Assembly: GCA_965199825.1 (NCBI GenBank)
Contig: OZ241329.1
Span: 2,144,001 to 2,208,000 of the forward strand
From: Bdellovibrionales bacterium
GTDB lineage: Bacteria > Bdellovibrionota > Bdellovibrionia > Bdellovibrionales > UBA1609
Reading direction: 5' to 3'
DNA: 64,000 nucleotides
How positions within the stretch are numbered: position 1 is the stretch's first letter; every line of letters starts with the position of its first letter. Of the stretch, positions 40,203-51,358 are shown piece after piece. Position numbers and translations under genes: made by a program. The notes beneath the pieces were generated by a model. That model had not been told where the DNA came from. It saw only the letters and a list, made by a program, of their open reading frames with translations, and made no database searches.

Positions 40203-41906
40203 ATGTTAGTTTTTTTGATTTGGCTTTTGGGGCCACTCGCAGTGGCTCAGACTTCGATTTGTCATTCTGTTTTTATTACTGGGCTCAACCTCAAACTCAG
40301 TCAAAACGAAAAGATTTTGATTTGCGGCACCAATGATGATTCGGCTTGGGGTGAAGTGCCTTTATCTCAAGCTCAATATCAACTCAAAGTGCTTCTTCAA
40401 AATAAGGGATATCTCAATCCCAGTTTTGAGCGACGTAACAATCAACTCTTTGTGAACGTCAACGCCCAAACTCAAACCGAAAATTTGATCATTCAAGGTG
40501 CTCTTCTTAATCCGAATAAAAAAAGAAAGATTATTGGCTATCCTCTTGAGCCCAAAAAATTAGATGAGGTTAAGCAATGGGCCGAGGTCGAATTGAGGCG
40601 TCAAGGCTACGCCTGTCCCCAAATTGAAGTTGAGGCGAGTGATCGCAATATCCATCTTCAAATTCAGCCGGGTCAAAAAGGCTATTACACCACAATTGAG
40701 CGGCGTGGTTTTGAGTCTCTTACAGACTCAGTTCCACTCCGATTTGAAGCCTACAAATTGGGTCAACCCTTTGAGGCTTTTGATTCCCAAATTACGGTGA
40801 ACCGCTTACTCAACCATGGGCTATTTCAAAGTGCATTTACCAATCTTAAATGTGTTAACAATACGGTCAGTCTAAAACTTGTGGCGGGTGTGGGTAAGCC
40901 TCGACTGGTCCGATTTGGAGTGGGGGCTTCGACTGAAGAGATTGCGTTTACCGAAGTTTTATTTCGTGACACCAAGCTCGACAATAAAGCCTCAACGTTT
41001 AGTGCATCGGCTCGAGCATCAGTGATTCGCCAAGAATTAAAGCTCGATTCACAATTTTTTATTTTACCGGTCATAACCAAATCCTATTTAGGTCCCCATT
41101 TGTTGGTAGAACGTAGAAAAGAGCGAACCTATGAAATCGCCCGCACCCAAGTGGGGGCTGATATTGGTTATGATTTTGATTTTATGGATTACCGCTTTCA
41201 AGCTCGCGGCGGACCCCTTTTCAACTATGAAAAAACATTTACCGGTGTGGGCCCAAGGGATTCAAAATTTATTTCGATTGGTGCGGATTTAAAATTTAGC
41301 TCACACAATTATGAAGCTCTGCTCAGGCAGCAATTTGAAGGACTCACCGGCGAGCTCAACTATCAAGGTCAACGTGAGGGTATTGGATCCAGTATCAATG
41401 TGGATCGCTATGACATCACACTCAAACATCTGTGGAATATCCATGGGTTTTCGCCTCCGCTCTTTGTGTTTGCAACTCGGTTTGAGCTTACACTGGTTGA
41501 TTCAGCCGACATCGATCGCGCGGTCAACAGCGATATTTTGCCGATTGATTACCGGGTTTTTTATGGTGGAGATGCAAATCTCCGTGGGTTTAGTCGAGAG
41601 TCGATCAACAACAATGGTCTTGGATTTTTGAGTGCACTCCAGCTTGGTTTTGAATTGCGTTTGGTTGAAGAGTTGCCTTATGGTCTTGAACCTTTTTTGC
41701 TTTATGATCTTTCTCGCGTCGGTGATGAGCGCTATAAACTTTTACCCTCCACATTGGTTTCCACAGGACTTGGGTTAAGATGGGCATCGCCCTTTGGAAC
41801 TCTAAGATTTTCTGCAGCACAAGGACAAATTTGGAATATGACACCTGAGCTTGAAAATGTTCATCAAGGGCTTGTCATCAATGTGAGTTTTGGTCAGGAA
41901 TTTTGA
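40203..41906 (+). CDS. Omp85 family outer-membrane protein (TamA-like)
   Basis: POTRA-like N-terminus; YGGDANLRGF; GLGLRWASPFGTLR; terminal SFGQEF; upstream of a TamB-like gene. Confidence 0.85.
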   Translation: MLVFLIWLLGPLAVAQTSICHSVFITGLNLKLSQNEKILICGTNDDSAWGEVPLSQAQYQLKVLLQNKGYLNPSFERRNNQLFVNVNAQTQTENLIIQGALLNPNKKRKIIGYPLEPKKLDEVKQWAEVELRRQGYACPQIEVEASDRNIHLQIQPGQKGYYTTIERRGFESLTDSVPLRFEAYKLGQPFEAFDSQITVNRLLNHGLFQSAFTNLKCVNNTVSLKLVAGVGKPRLVRFGVGASTEEIAFTEVLFRDTKLDNKASTFSASARASVIRQELKLDSQFFILPVITKSYLGPHLLVERRKERTYEIARTQVGADIGYDFDFMDYRFQARGGPLFNYEKTFTGVGPRDSKFISIGADLKFSSHNYEALLRQQFEGLTGELNYQGQREGIGSSINVDRYDITLKHLWNIHGFSPPLFVFATRFELTLVDSADIDRAVNSDILPIDYRVFYGGDANLRGFSRESINNNGLGFLSALQLGFELRLVEELPYGLEPFLLYDLSRVGDERYKLLPSTLVSTGLGLRWASPFGTLRFSAAQGQIWNMTPELENVHQGLVINVSFGQEF

Positions 41907-44098
41907 TGATTAAAAAAATAATTTTAAGCATTCTGTTATTTATTTTTGTTGGTGTGATTGGGCTCACATCTTTTATTTACTTTGCACCTCACAAATTTTT
42001 CGAAATTGCGGCAAATTTTGTTCTTCCAAAAGATCTTAAAATTGATTTTTCATCGGCCCATTTTGAGCGCAGTGGAAAAAGCGTAAATCTGATTCTCGAA
42101 GATCTTGATGTGCAAAAATCAAGTCCACGCCTGAATCTTCCCTTGGGTCATGTTGAGGTCAAAGTTCTTTTTGGCTTTGAGCGGCCTTATATCACGATCC
42201 AGAATCTGATTTTGAAATCCGAAAAACCGCTGCAATATTTCGAAACTTTTGATCCTCATCCTGAACCTGTCGAATATTCCGAGCAAATTCGAAAAATCCC
42301 GTCTTACCTCGGATACGCAAACACAATTTTTCGATTTCAACACGCATCCATCGATATTCCGACCTTTGAATACGTCAGACTGGATGGGGACAGCATCAAA
42401 CTTAGCGCTGAGTACCAAAAAGATGAGCTCAAAGATCATGGACAATTGCAAACAAAGCTTTCAAAAAATATAAACATTAATGGTTTATTTCATTTGATGC
42501 CCAGTGCAAAACTCAACCTGGATATTAAAAACAAGCAAATTCAGGCCACTCTCAACCTTGAATTTATGGGCGAAAAGATTTTGCTCGCCAGCGAATTTTC
42601 AACTCCCACCGGAGCGGGCGATGCCAAAGGTTTTATCAATCCTCAAAAGTTTGATGTTGAAGTCAATTTACGCGGATCAAAGAAATTAAAATTGCTCAAA
42701 TCCTTTGGTGAACTCAAAAGTCATTTTGTTGGTGATCTAGAAAATAAAAAATTGCCCGTGGTTTTCGAGGCTCAACTTCCGCTCCAGAGCGATATTGTGC
42801 CAGAGCATTTGCATCGTGAAGTCCAAATGGCCTGTCAGTGCCATTTGCCACAGATCCTTTTTATTTCGGCTAATGGAACTCTTTTTGGTCAGGCTTTTTT
42901 AGACGGTCGGGATGGGACCTTGGTTAAAACAGACATCTCGCTCGATAGTATCAGCAATATTTTGTTTGCCCTTAAGCTCGGTGGGTCGATCGAAATTGCA
43001 AAAGAACATCAGCAGTTTGTTTATAAACCAAAACTAGATTCTTCCCTGATCATTTATCGATTTCGCAGGATCACCCAATTATTAGATGCACTTGGTCTCG
43101 TGATTCCTGCCCCCTTTAGTGTGCTCGACGGAACCGTGATCGCAAAGGCCAACACCGATGTTCAAATGATGCAAAAAATCACAACCGATCTTTCGGTGGA
43201 TCTCAATTTAAAATCCAAATCGCAACAGGTCAGCATGAACCACAAAATCCAAATCTCTGCTGACTCTCATTTTAAAAATGTAGCGGCCATTATTAAAACT
43301 AACATTGACCGAATTCGGTTGGAGCTTCCGCCGTTAAATCCCTTCGCAGGACTTCCCCAACTAAAAACGGATGAGCGCATTAAACTCTCAAAGCAGTCAC
43401 AACCTCAGTCACAGATGCGGATGGATCTCGATTTTAATATCGAGACGGCCACGGATGGTGCAATTGAGCTGATGTCGAATTTGGCTGATCCATTTATTCC
43501 GCTTGATATTCAGTTTCAAAAAGTAAAGGAAAGTGAGCAGGGGCATTTAAGAATTCGGCCATTTAAAATAAAATATTTAAGGCGCACGGTTGCGGTGGAT
43601 GATGTGAATATCGATCTCAATCCAACTTCCATGGGGGATTACCCGCTCACTGCCGAAATGCATGTGCAGCAGACCAGTTACAAAGTGATGATCCACGTGG
43701 GAGGCACAACCGCAAATCCCTCAATCAAATTATCAAGTGATCCTGATCTTTCGCGCGAAGATATTATTTCTGTTTTGCTTTATGATCATAAAACAAGCCA
43801 AGGGAGTGATGCCGAAAATGTTGGAAATGTCCAAGCGGCGATTGCCGACAAAGCGATTGGTCTTTTTGGGATTTGGGCCTTTGCCTCAACCCCGGTCAAA
43901 AGTGTGTCTTACAACCCGGTCACAAAAGTCTACGAAGCCACTTTTGATATTGGTAACGGTGTAACTGCAAGTGTCGGAACCAATTGGGATCAGCAAGCCA
44001 CCTTGGCCTTACGTCGACGTTTGAGCAAGCGCTGGGTTGTGACCGCGTCTTGGGGCAATGTGGGCTCTGTGGTGCTTCAGTGGGAAAAGCGTTTTTAA
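41903..44098 (+). CDS. TamB/AsmA-like translocation module protein
   Basis: N-terminal TM anchor; GGTTANPSIKLSSDPDLSREDIISVLL; terminal WEKRF. Confidence 0.8.
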   Translation: MMIKKIILSILLFIFVGVIGLTSFIYFAPHKFFEIAANFVLPKDLKIDFSSAHFERSGKSVNLILEDLDVQKSSPRLNLPLGHVEVKVLFGFERPYITIQNLILKSEKPLQYFETFDPHPEPVEYSEQIRKIPSYLGYANTIFRFQHASIDIPTFEYVRLDGDSIKLSAEYQKDELKDHGQLQTKLSKNININGLFHLMPSAKLNLDIKNKQIQATLNLEFMGEKILLASEFSTPTGAGDAKGFINPQKFDVEVNLRGSKKLKLLKSFGELKSHFVGDLENKKLPVVFEAQLPLQSDIVPEHLHREVQMACQCHLPQILFISANGTLFGQAFLDGRDGTLVKTDISLDSISNILFALKLGGSIEIAKEHQQFVYKPKLDSSLIIYRFRRITQLLDALGLVIPAPFSVLDGTVIAKANTDVQMMQKITTDLSVDLNLKSKSQQVSMNHKIQISADSHFKNVAAIIKTNIDRIRLELPPLNPFAGLPQLKTDERIKLSKQSQPQSQMRMDLDFNIETATDGAIELMSNLADPFIPLDIQFQKVKESEQGHLRIRPFKIKYLRRTVAVDDVNIDLNPTSMGDYPLTAEMHVQQTSYKVMIHVGGTTANPSIKLSSDPDLSREDIISVLLYDHKTSQGSDAENVGNVQAAIADKAIGLFGIWAFASTPVKSVSYNPVTKVYEATFDIGNGVTASVGTNWDQQATLALRRRLSKRWVVTASWGNVGSVVLQWEKRF

Positions 44099-44676
44099 GG
44101 AGTTTGATTCAAGGCTTCGATGGCCTCGATAAAGGATTCGGCTTGAGTCTCAACCAATTTCGGTCGGGTCACGCGTTGTAAAAACCAAGGGTGTTTGCTG
44201 TACACATTGATGGCGATCGCAACACCAAGCATATAATGATTTTTTGGTTGTAAGACCATTGCTCCATGAAGATCGCTCATATTTGGATCATCGCTATTTT
44301 GCTGCCACTCGATCACACCATGATGATGAAGATCTTCGTAAAATGTGATTCGCACCGGAGTCTTACCCATCAAAAGATTATTTTTCGTAGCGGTCACGGT
44401 GCTCACTAAGCTCAAATATTTTTCTAATCCATCCTGACGATTGAGATCAGATTTGAAAACCAAGTAAGGCACATTGATCCGTTTTTCGGCCTTGGCGGCA
44501 TAATACAGATCATGGTCTACGCGCCGTCCCCAGTCGGAATAAGGGGTGGTGTGCATCTGGTGGTGTTCGATAAAGGTCGCTTGCGAAATAAAATTGAAAA
44601 TCAACGGTTTAACAAAATCTTGCACCTGAAGATTTTGAGCAAAAAGGCTGGATACAAAAAGAGCAAGAAAAGTCAT
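44095..44676 (-). CDS. Secreted hypothetical protein
   Basis: Start reassigned to MTFLALFVSSLFAQ signal. Confidence 0.6.
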   Translation of the reverse strand: MTFLALFVSSLFAQNLQVQDFVKPLIFNFISQATFIEHHQMHTTPYSDWGRRVDHDLYYAAKAEKRINVPYLVFKSDLNRQDGLEKYLSLVSTVTATKNNLLMGKTPVRITFYEDLHHHGVIEWQQNSDDPNMSDLHGAMVLQPKNHYMLGVAIAINVYSKHPWFLQRVTRPKLVETQAESFIEAIEALNQTP

Positions 44677-44722
44677 TGAGAGAAAATTGACTCTCAACCT
44701 TTGGAATGTCAACGTAATGCCT

Positions 44723-45193
44723 ATGAAAACGCGACGCGAATTTTTAAGCACCTCGTTGGTTTTAAGTTTATTTGGTCCATTTTTATTGGCCTCATCAAAG
44801 TGCGACAATACAAAGAGCTCGCTCTCACTCAAAGACCAAGGTTTTGTATTTGCGAATGAGCCCACTAATGTCTATCTGTTTAGTTTTAGTGATTTTCCAG
44901 ATCTGATGCGAATAGGTGGCAGTGCGCGTTTTGCGGTGAATGCAACCAGCGGAATCAAAACCATTTCGATTGTACGGCTCAACTCCACCCAAGCTTTTAC
45001 CGCGCTGAACGTTTGCCCCCAATCTGGGTGTGAATTAGGGGCCTTTAACTCCAGGGGGATTGGCTATTCGTGTGACTGCGATATAGCCACTTTTGATGCC
45101 ACCGGTGCTGTTTTGTATGGGGCTCAATCGTTAAATCTTACGATGTTTCCAACAGTTATCAATACCACCAATGTTTCAGTGACAATAGCATAA
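44723..45193 (+). CDS. Tat-exported Rieske-fold protein lacking the His ligands
   Basis: MKTRREFL Tat motif; VCPQSGC and CDCDIATFDATGAVLYG align to Rieske boxes. Confidence 0.7.
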   Translation: MKTRREFLSTSLVLSLFGPFLLASSKCDNTKSSLSLKDQGFVFANEPTNVYLFSFSDFPDLMRIGGSARFAVNATSGIKTISIVRLNSTQAFTALNVCPQSGCELGAFNSRGIGYSCDCDIATFDATGAVLYGAQSLNLTMFPTVINTTNVSVTIA

Positions 45194-45265
45194 CCGAAGC
45201 AAACAAAATTTCATTAGTTTTGAAGACCATTGCGAAAACCAACTGACCTGAGCGATCTTGGTCGG

Positions 45266-46132
45266 ATGTTAGCAATTATTTTTTCATGTTTTATGGCTCA
45301 AGCGATGACCCGGCCTGCTCAACAAGAGATTGAGGGCTATCTGCAGGCGGCGAATGCCGAAAATGCTTCCTTCGTTTTGACCTATACTCCAGATCAAAAA
45401 AATCTATTTGCCAGAACTTCATTTAAATTATTGCCCACCAGTTTTGATTTGCAGTCGCAGTTTCGAACCCTTCATCCTAACGATAAAGTCAAAGTGAGTG
45501 GGGTTGTGAACAAGGGTGCAATGGCGGTCCAATCGCTCGAAGTGATTTTGAGCTTTTTGCCCGAAGAATTTAAAAAATGTGAAGAAAAATCGGTTGGTGA
45601 TTTTGAATTTTCTGGAGGCTTTACTGAGGCTCTGGTTTATAGCCGCAATAACTCAAATATCATATTACAAGTGGGTGATCAGATTTTCCCCACCCGCTTT
45701 CATGGTGATACGAGCGAGATTGCCCTTGGTGATTTGTTATTTGTAAATCTCAACGTTTTTAAAAATAAAAAACGAATTATTGAAGCGACCGCCAAAACAT
45801 TTCGTATCAAACAAAAGCTCTCTGAGCATTCAGCCGAAATTTCAGGAAATCTGGCGATGGTTTCGATTCAAGGCAAGATGAGCTTTGCGGTGGAAGAGGT
45901 TTTAGCCCCCCATCTTAAACGATATTATCCTTTGACCAATGCCACTGAGGTGACTCCGCTTGGTTTAAGCCTCAAAAATTTATGGAAGCAAAAAAGCTCC
46001 TGTCAGCTCAGCCTTGATCATCTTGCAGCCACTTCAAATATCAAGGTCGAAGTCACCGCTCAGTCATTTGCTCAAATGAATGTGCAAGCCTCAGCGGTTA
46101 TCGAAAAGTCGGAGCAACAAAAATCTCTTTAA
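45266..46132 (+). CDS. Secreted hypothetical protein
   Basis: MLAIIFSCFMAQA signal-like start; long ORF. Confidence 0.65.
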   Translation: MLAIIFSCFMAQAMTRPAQQEIEGYLQAANAENASFVLTYTPDQKNLFARTSFKLLPTSFDLQSQFRTLHPNDKVKVSGVVNKGAMAVQSLEVILSFLPEEFKKCEEKSVGDFEFSGGFTEALVYSRNNSNIILQVGDQIFPTRFHGDTSEIALGDLLFVNLNVFKNKKRIIEATAKTFRIKQKLSEHSAEISGNLAMVSIQGKMSFAVEEVLAPHLKRYYPLTNATEVTPLGLSLKNLWKQKSSCQLSLDHLAATSNIKVEVTAQSFAQMNVQASAVIEKSEQQKSL

Positions 46133-46904
46133 CGAGGAGATGAGAATATTTAAGTCCCACCCGATCCTTTACATAAATAAAATAAATCACTCGTTTTAAT
46201 AGTTGCCAGAGCCATAAGGCTTTTGAAAACAACGGCGAGGGTGAATATTTTTTGATTAACAAAAGACGGTTGCGCTGGAAATAAAAGCCAGAATATTTAC
46301 GGTCCTTGCGGCAGGTTTTTCCGCCTAAGTGTGCCACCTTAAAATCGGGTAGCACCTCCATCCCAATATTTTGTTTGTGTAGTCGAATACAAAGATCCAC
46401 ATCTTCAAGATAGGTATAAAACTGGATATCGAATTTTAAAAATACCGAACGATGAATCAAAAAGGAATGCCCTGGGATATAAAAAATTTCTGATAGCTTT
46501 GTTTCACCAGGATTTTTTTGATGAAATATTTGGCCGGTTTTAAGATTGTAGATCCCGCCGCAGGATTCTAAGGTTTTTTTATCTTTTCGATATAGCCATG
46601 GACCGTAAAGACCGGGTTGAGCAGGAATCTTGGCGACACTCATCAGTTCGGTGTCATTGGTTAAAAAATAAATCCAGTCCGTTGAACAATTCTCAATTGC
46701 TGTGTTTGCGCCTGCGGCAAATCCAATATTTTGAGGCAAAACAAGATGGGTCACTTGAGGAAAATTTTTTTGTAAGCCCGTCACATGTTTTTTTTCGCTG
46801 CCATTATGAACCAAAAGAATGGGATAGCCAAAGGGAAGAAGGCTATTGAGGCAGCGTGAAGTGATCTCAGGATGGTTAAATGACAAAACCGCAAATTGAA
46901 ACAC
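46098..46904 (-). CDS. Family 2 glycosyltransferase (WbbL-like)
   Basis: VHNGS, NIGFAAGAN, LTNDT, YLEDVDLC, HLGG; GTG start after GGAG. Confidence 0.85.
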   Translation of the reverse strand: MFQFAVLSFNHPEITSRCLNSLLPFGYPILLVHNGSEKKHVTGLQKNFPQVTHLVLPQNIGFAAGANTAIENCSTDWIYFLTNDTELMSVAKIPAQPGLYGPWLYRKDKKTLESCGGIYNLKTGQIFHQKNPGETKLSEIFYIPGHSFLIHRSVFLKFDIQFYTYLEDVDLCIRLHKQNIGMEVLPDFKVAHLGGKTCRKDRKYSGFYFQRNRLLLIKKYSPSPLFSKALWLWQLLKRVIYFIYVKDRVGLKYSHLLVKEIFVAPTFR

Positions 46905-47527
46905 CCCTTGTTCTCCTTCCGGCCGCAGGGTTTGGCCGACGAAATGGATCGCCCCCAGCAAAAGAATTATTTCTTCATCCAAAAAAGAATCGACCTTTGA
47001 TTGAGGTGGCCCTCAAAAATTGTGATCACTTGAACTACCAGGCCCATGTGATTCTCAGAAGCGAAAAAAAAGAACTCAAAAATTTCTTACTTCAATCTCG
47101 GTATCGTCCCCAAATTCAAGAGGTCTCACCCACCGAAGAGTGGGCCGCCACGGTTCTTTTGTCTCAAGCCCATTGGCACCACCACAATCTGCTCTATCTG
47201 CCCGACACCGAATTTGAGCCACTCGATATATTAAAGGACATGGTGCACAGCCTGACCACCACGCCGGTGAGCTTCGGGGTTTTTGAAGTCGATGATCCCT
47301 CACTCTGGGGAACCATCAAGGGCTCAACAATTGGCGAAAAAGCGAGGGGTCCAAAGGGTCCAGCCGTAGCCTGGGGGGTAATTGGTTTTACCAAAGAATA
47401 TGGAGTTCAGTTGTTTGAGACAATCTTAGAGGCCTATCGCTCAAGGACTTATCAACCTCTAAGTCTTGAGCCAAAGCTCTTTTCACTTAAATCTTTTGAC
47501 GACTTGACCCGCCATTCTGCACCATAA
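46880..47527 (+). CDS. Nucleotidyltransferase (NTP_transferase-like)
   Basis: LLPAAGFGRR, AKEL, LPDT. Confidence 0.75.
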   Translation: MTKPQIETPLVLLPAAGFGRRNGSPPAKELFLHPKKNRPLIEVALKNCDHLNYQAHVILRSEKKELKNFLLQSRYRPQIQEVSPTEEWAATVLLSQAHWHHHNLLYLPDTEFEPLDILKDMVHSLTTTPVSFGVFEVDDPSLWGTIKGSTIGEKARGPKGPAVAWGVIGFTKEYGVQLFETILEAYRSRTYQPLSLEPKLFSLKSFDDLTRHSAP

Positions 47528-47542
47528 AATAAGCAGGAGTCA

Positions 47543-48736
47543 TTGATGTCATTTCGATTGGGTTTAGAAAATCTTTTGGCCGATACCTCGTTGGTGAGCA
47601 AATTAAAAACAAAACGGGTGGCGCTCTTGGCCCATCCTGCTTCGGTGACTCAGAGTCTCACCCATTCGATCGATGCCTTGCTCGAAGTAGGGATCAAACT
47701 GAGCTGTGCCTTTGGTCCGCAGCACGGCTTAAAGGGCGACAAGCAAGACAACATGATCGAGACTCAAGACGAGATCGATCCCTTTTATAAAATTCCGATA
47801 TTTAGTTTGTACGGTGAGGTGAGGCGTCCCACCAAACAGATGCTTTCTGAATTTGATGTGTTGCTGATTGATCTGCAAGATGTGGGCTGCCGCATTTATA
47901 CTTTTTTGACCACTTTATTTTATTTGTTAGAAGATGCAGAAGTCGCAGATAAAGAAATTATTGTGCTCGATCGGCCAAATCCGATTGCTCGCATGGTTGA
48001 GGGATCCCTGCTCGAGGAAAGTCTTCATAGCTTTGTGGGTGCAGCACCGGTCCCCATGAGTCACGGCTTAACCTTGGGCGAAGCGGCCAATTGGTACAAA
48101 AATTTAAAGAAATTAAAAACCAATCTTCAAGTGATTAAGATGAGTGGATTTGATGTGAAGTCCTCATGGCCCAAGGAATTGGCTTGGGTCAATCCCTCGC
48201 CCAATATGCCAAAACTCCAAACAGCAAATGTTTACCCGGGTACTGTTTTATTTGAGGGAACTCTTTTATCCGAGGGGCGTGGCACAACAACCCCGCTCGA
48301 AGTTTTTGGCTGCCCCAATCTTCAGGCGCGTGAAATATTAAATGCACTATTGAGTGAATATTCGGCTTGGACTCAAGGGCTAAAAATGAGAACTGTTTAT
48401 TTTGAGCCCACTTTTCATAAGTTTAAAGGCCAATTGGTTTCGGGCCTCCAACTGCATTCCGATCCGCAGTTTTTTGATAAGCAAAAAATTAAGCCCTACC
48501 GGTTGGTTGCGGCCTTCTTAAAGCTTGTGCGCCAATTTCATCCAGAAGTTGAGATCTGGAGATCGCCCCCTTATGAGTATGAAACGGTCAAGCGCCCCTT
48601 TGATCTTTTGTCGGGCTCGGTGTTTTTGCGCGAGTGGATTGATAATAAATCCTCAACCCCGCAGGACCTCGAGAAGTATCTCAGCAAAGATGAAAATTCA
48701 TTTATCAATAATTCTAAACAGTTTTACTTATACTAG
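47543..48736 (+). CDS. namZ: Exo-beta-N-acetylmuramidase NamZ (DUF1343) family
   Basis: [43 protein letters not shown]. Confidence 0.88.
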   Translation: MMSFRLGLENLLADTSLVSKLKTKRVALLAHPASVTQSLTHSIDALLEVGIKLSCAFGPQHGLKGDKQDNMIETQDEIDPFYKIPIFSLYGEVRRPTKQMLSEFDVLLIDLQDVGCRIYTFLTTLFYLLEDAEVADKEIIVLDRPNPIARMVEGSLLEESLHSFVGAAPVPMSHGLTLGEAANWYKNLKKLKTNLQVIKMSGFDVKSSWPKELAWVNPSPNMPKLQTANVYPGTVLFEGTLLSEGRGTTTPLEVFGCPNLQAREILNALLSEYSAWTQGLKMRTVYFEPTFHKFKGQLVSGLQLHSDPQFFDKQKIKPYRLVAAFLKLVRQFHPEVEIWRSPPYEYETVKRPFDLLSGSVFLREWIDNKSSTPQDLEKYLSKDENSFINNSKQFYLY

Positions 48737-49222
48737 TTCTTTTTTTAAAGATTTATAGTCATGGTGCACTTTCTTTTTTTGGGAGTGCCGGTGTTTTGCC
48801 AACAATTTTAAAATCTTTTGATCATTCAGTGCCAATATTCTCAACGCCAAAAGGGCGGCATTGGTGGCGTTATCAATCGCTACGGTTGCAACGGGCACAC
48901 CCTTTGGCATTTGCAGAATTGAAAGAAGCGAATCGATTCCTTTGAGAGCCTCAAGCAAAATCGGCACACCAATTACCGGAAGATGGGTCAGACTTGCCAC
49001 CATGCCCGGCAAATGAGCCGCGCCTCCGGCACCTGCGATAATCACTTGATACCCTTTGGTTTCGGCATTTTTGGCAAAGTGTTGCATTTTTTCAGGAGTG
49101 CGATGAGCCGAGACGATTTCGACATGCGCTTTGACATCGAATTCTTTTAAGATATCTACCGCTGCTTTCATAATCGGCCAATCGGATTTACTTCCCATAA
49201 TGACCGCCACCTTTTTTTTCAT
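48728..49222 (-). CDS. purE: N5-CAIR mutase
   Basis: [35 protein letters not shown]. Confidence 0.97.
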   Translation of the reverse strand: MKKKVAVIMGSKSDWPIMKAAVDILKEFDVKAHVEIVSAHRTPEKMQHFAKNAETKGYQVIIAGAGGAAHLPGMVASLTHLPVIGVPILLEALKGIDSLLSILQMPKGVPVATVAIDNATNAALLALRILALNDQKILKLLAKHRHSQKKKVHHDYKSLKKELV

Positions 49223-50313
49223 AACGACAATTTCCTTCCATATTTTTTTGCCCGTTTGAGAGCCTGATTTGCACTTTGATCAAGCACGTTGAGGTGCCCA
49301 AGCTTTCGGCCGTTTTTAAATTCTTTTTTTCCGTACCAATAAAAAGCACAGTCCGAATCGGGAATCAGATCGCGAACAGGCCCCAAAATATTCCACATCG
49401 CAAAACCCTTGGACAACAGTTTAGGTTTTGGAAGGGATAATCCTAATCCGGCGCGCACATGCATCTCGAATTGATCGCACTTAAGAGCATCCATGGAGTA
49501 GTGCCCCGAATTGTGCACCCGGGGTGCAATTTCATTTACGATCAATTTATTTTTATAATCAAAAAGTTCAAACGACAAAGTTCCAACAAAATTAATTTCA
49601 CTTACAAAATTTAAAATCTTAAGATTTTTAAGATCTTTATGTTTTTCGGGCCCTTTGACAGACAGGCATCGGGCATCTTTTTGATAGGTTTCAACCAATG
49701 GAAAAATTTGGGCTTGTCCAGCCGAATTTCTAAACACCTGCACCGCACACTCGCGCTCAAAAGGAATCAAAGCTTCTGCGATATATCCCGCCGGATTTTC
49801 GATAAATTCGGTGGGGTTGATCGATGTGCCGTTGCCGTCGTAACCAAACAGTCTTTTTTTAAGAACAAACCCTTTGGGAAATTTTTTTTTGAGTTTTAAA
49901 AAATCTTTTTTTGTTTCGACATTACAAAAATCGGCGGTGGGAATTTTATATTTCTGCAGCAATTTTTTTTGGCTCAAACGATCAGCCAGAGCATCCATCA
50001 ATCGAGGTTGAGGATAGAAATGATCTTTATTTGAAAGATTTAATAAAAGTTCTCCATCCCAAAATTCAGATTCAAAAGTGACAACGTCAACACGTCCCAA
50101 AAACTTTTTTAAAGATTTATGGTCGGTCTTTGACCCTTGAGAGTGAAAGGCGGTCACTTGAGCCGCAGGATCATCGGCATTTTCAGAATAGATATGGACC
50201 TCAAGTCCCAACTGCTGCGCTTTTTGGGCGAGCATGCGGGCGAGTTGCCCTCCGCCCAAAATTCCAAATTTTAAACCCAACCTAAAAAGTGGTATGACTC
50301 TTTGATGTTTCAT
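49219..50313 (-). CDS. purK: N5-CAIR synthetase (start uncertain)
   Basis: [32 protein letters not shown]...GRKLGH; adjacent to purE. Confidence 0.93.
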   Translation of the reverse strand: MKHQRVIPLFRLGLKFGILGGGQLARMLAQKAQQLGLEVHIYSENADDPAAQVTAFHSQGSKTDHKSLKKFLGRVDVVTFESEFWDGELLLNLSNKDHFYPQPRLMDALADRLSQKKLLQKYKIPTADFCNVETKKDFLKLKKKFPKGFVLKKRLFGYDGNGTSINPTEFIENPAGYIAEALIPFERECAVQVFRNSAGQAQIFPLVETYQKDARCLSVKGPEKHKDLKNLKILNFVSEINFVGTLSFELFDYKNKLIVNEIAPRVHNSGHYSMDALKCDQFEMHVRAGLGLSLPKPKLLSKGFAMWNILGPVRDLIPDSDCAFYWYGKKEFKNGRKLGHLNVLDQSANQALKRAKKYGRKLSL

Positions 50314-51348
50314 CAGTTTCAACCCTTACCCCAAGTCAACTTTCCGGTGGTGCTTGCCCCCATGGTCGGTCTGTCACACATCGGACTTCGATATCTAGTA
50401 CGCTTCTATACCCCGCGCAATGCTCGAACTTTTTGGCCCACAGAAATGCTCAACTCGCGAAGATTGCCCTTAGAAAAAATGGGATTTACCGAAGAAACTC
50501 TCAAAGACTGTGCAGAGGATCTTTTGGTGCCCCAACTCCTTGGCAATGAACAAACCGCTATTACCGAATCGATTCGCCGCCTCGAGGATTGGGGAGCTCA
50601 AGCCATCGACATCAATATGGGTTGCCCTGTGGCAAAAGCCTTACGTCATAATTACGGCGTCGCCCTCATGGGCAATAGCGATTATGCCGCAGAAGTTGTT
50701 GCCATGGCGGTGCGAAGCACCAAGAAACCGATCTCGGTCAAGCTTCGTGCGGGCATCGATAGCAATCGACAAACACTGCTCGAATTTATTTTAAAACTCG
50801 AAAGTGCGGGGGCCTCATGGGTCACCCTTCATCCAAGATTAGCTCATCAAAAGCGAAGGGGAGTGGCCGACTGGGATGTGATTCGATTTATTAAAAGCGA
50901 AGTTAAAATCCCGGTGATCGGCAATGGCGATGTGCAAACCAAAGAGGATGTCTTCTCGATGCTTTCGACCACCGGCTGCCAAGGTGTAATGGTCGGTCGA
51001 GCCTTGACCGCAAGACCTTGGCTCATGTGGCAAGTGGGTGAGGCTTTGGGTTTTGAAACTCCATCAGGGTGTTCCGGCGTTGCACCTCAAACTCCCTATG
51101 AAGAAGGTGCCGAGTACGGCCGCTCGCTATTGATTTTGCTTCATTTTTTATCCACCGTTTATCCACCCCTAAAACTCAAAAAGAAATTTATGTATCACGT
51201 GAAGACCTCGCACTGGTGGCTGCAGTTTGGTCATACGTTATTTAGTGAGCTCAGTGGGGCGGACGACGTGCCAAAGCTTGAGCGAATTATTCGTAAGTTT
51301 TTTAGCCAGCCCCAAGCAATGAATCAAAAAACATCGCTTCGCGAATAA
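50305..51348 (+). CDS. tRNA-dihydrouridine synthase family protein (DusB-like)
   Basis: LAPMVG, DINMGCP, VKLRAG, GNGDV, MVGR. Confidence 0.88.
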   Translation: MFHQFQPLPQVNFPVVLAPMVGLSHIGLRYLVRFYTPRNARTFWPTEMLNSRRLPLEKMGFTEETLKDCAEDLLVPQLLGNEQTAITESIRRLEDWGAQAIDINMGCPVAKALRHNYGVALMGNSDYAAEVVAMAVRSTKKPISVKLRAGIDSNRQTLLEFILKLESAGASWVTLHPRLAHQKRRGVADWDVIRFIKSEVKIPVIGNGDVQTKEDVFSMLSTTGCQGVMVGRALTARPWLMWQVGEALGFETPSGCSGVAPQTPYEEGAEYGRSLLILLHFLSTVYPPLKLKKKFMYHVKTSHWWLQFGHTLFSELSGADDVPKLERIIRKFFSQPQAMNQKTSLRE

Positions 51349-51358
51349 ACAAGTGAGC

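Noticed and set aside
44051..44064. GGGGCAATGT match to the transposase-associated repeat
   Set aside because: Inside the tamB-like coding sequence and lacks the rest of the motif; probably chance
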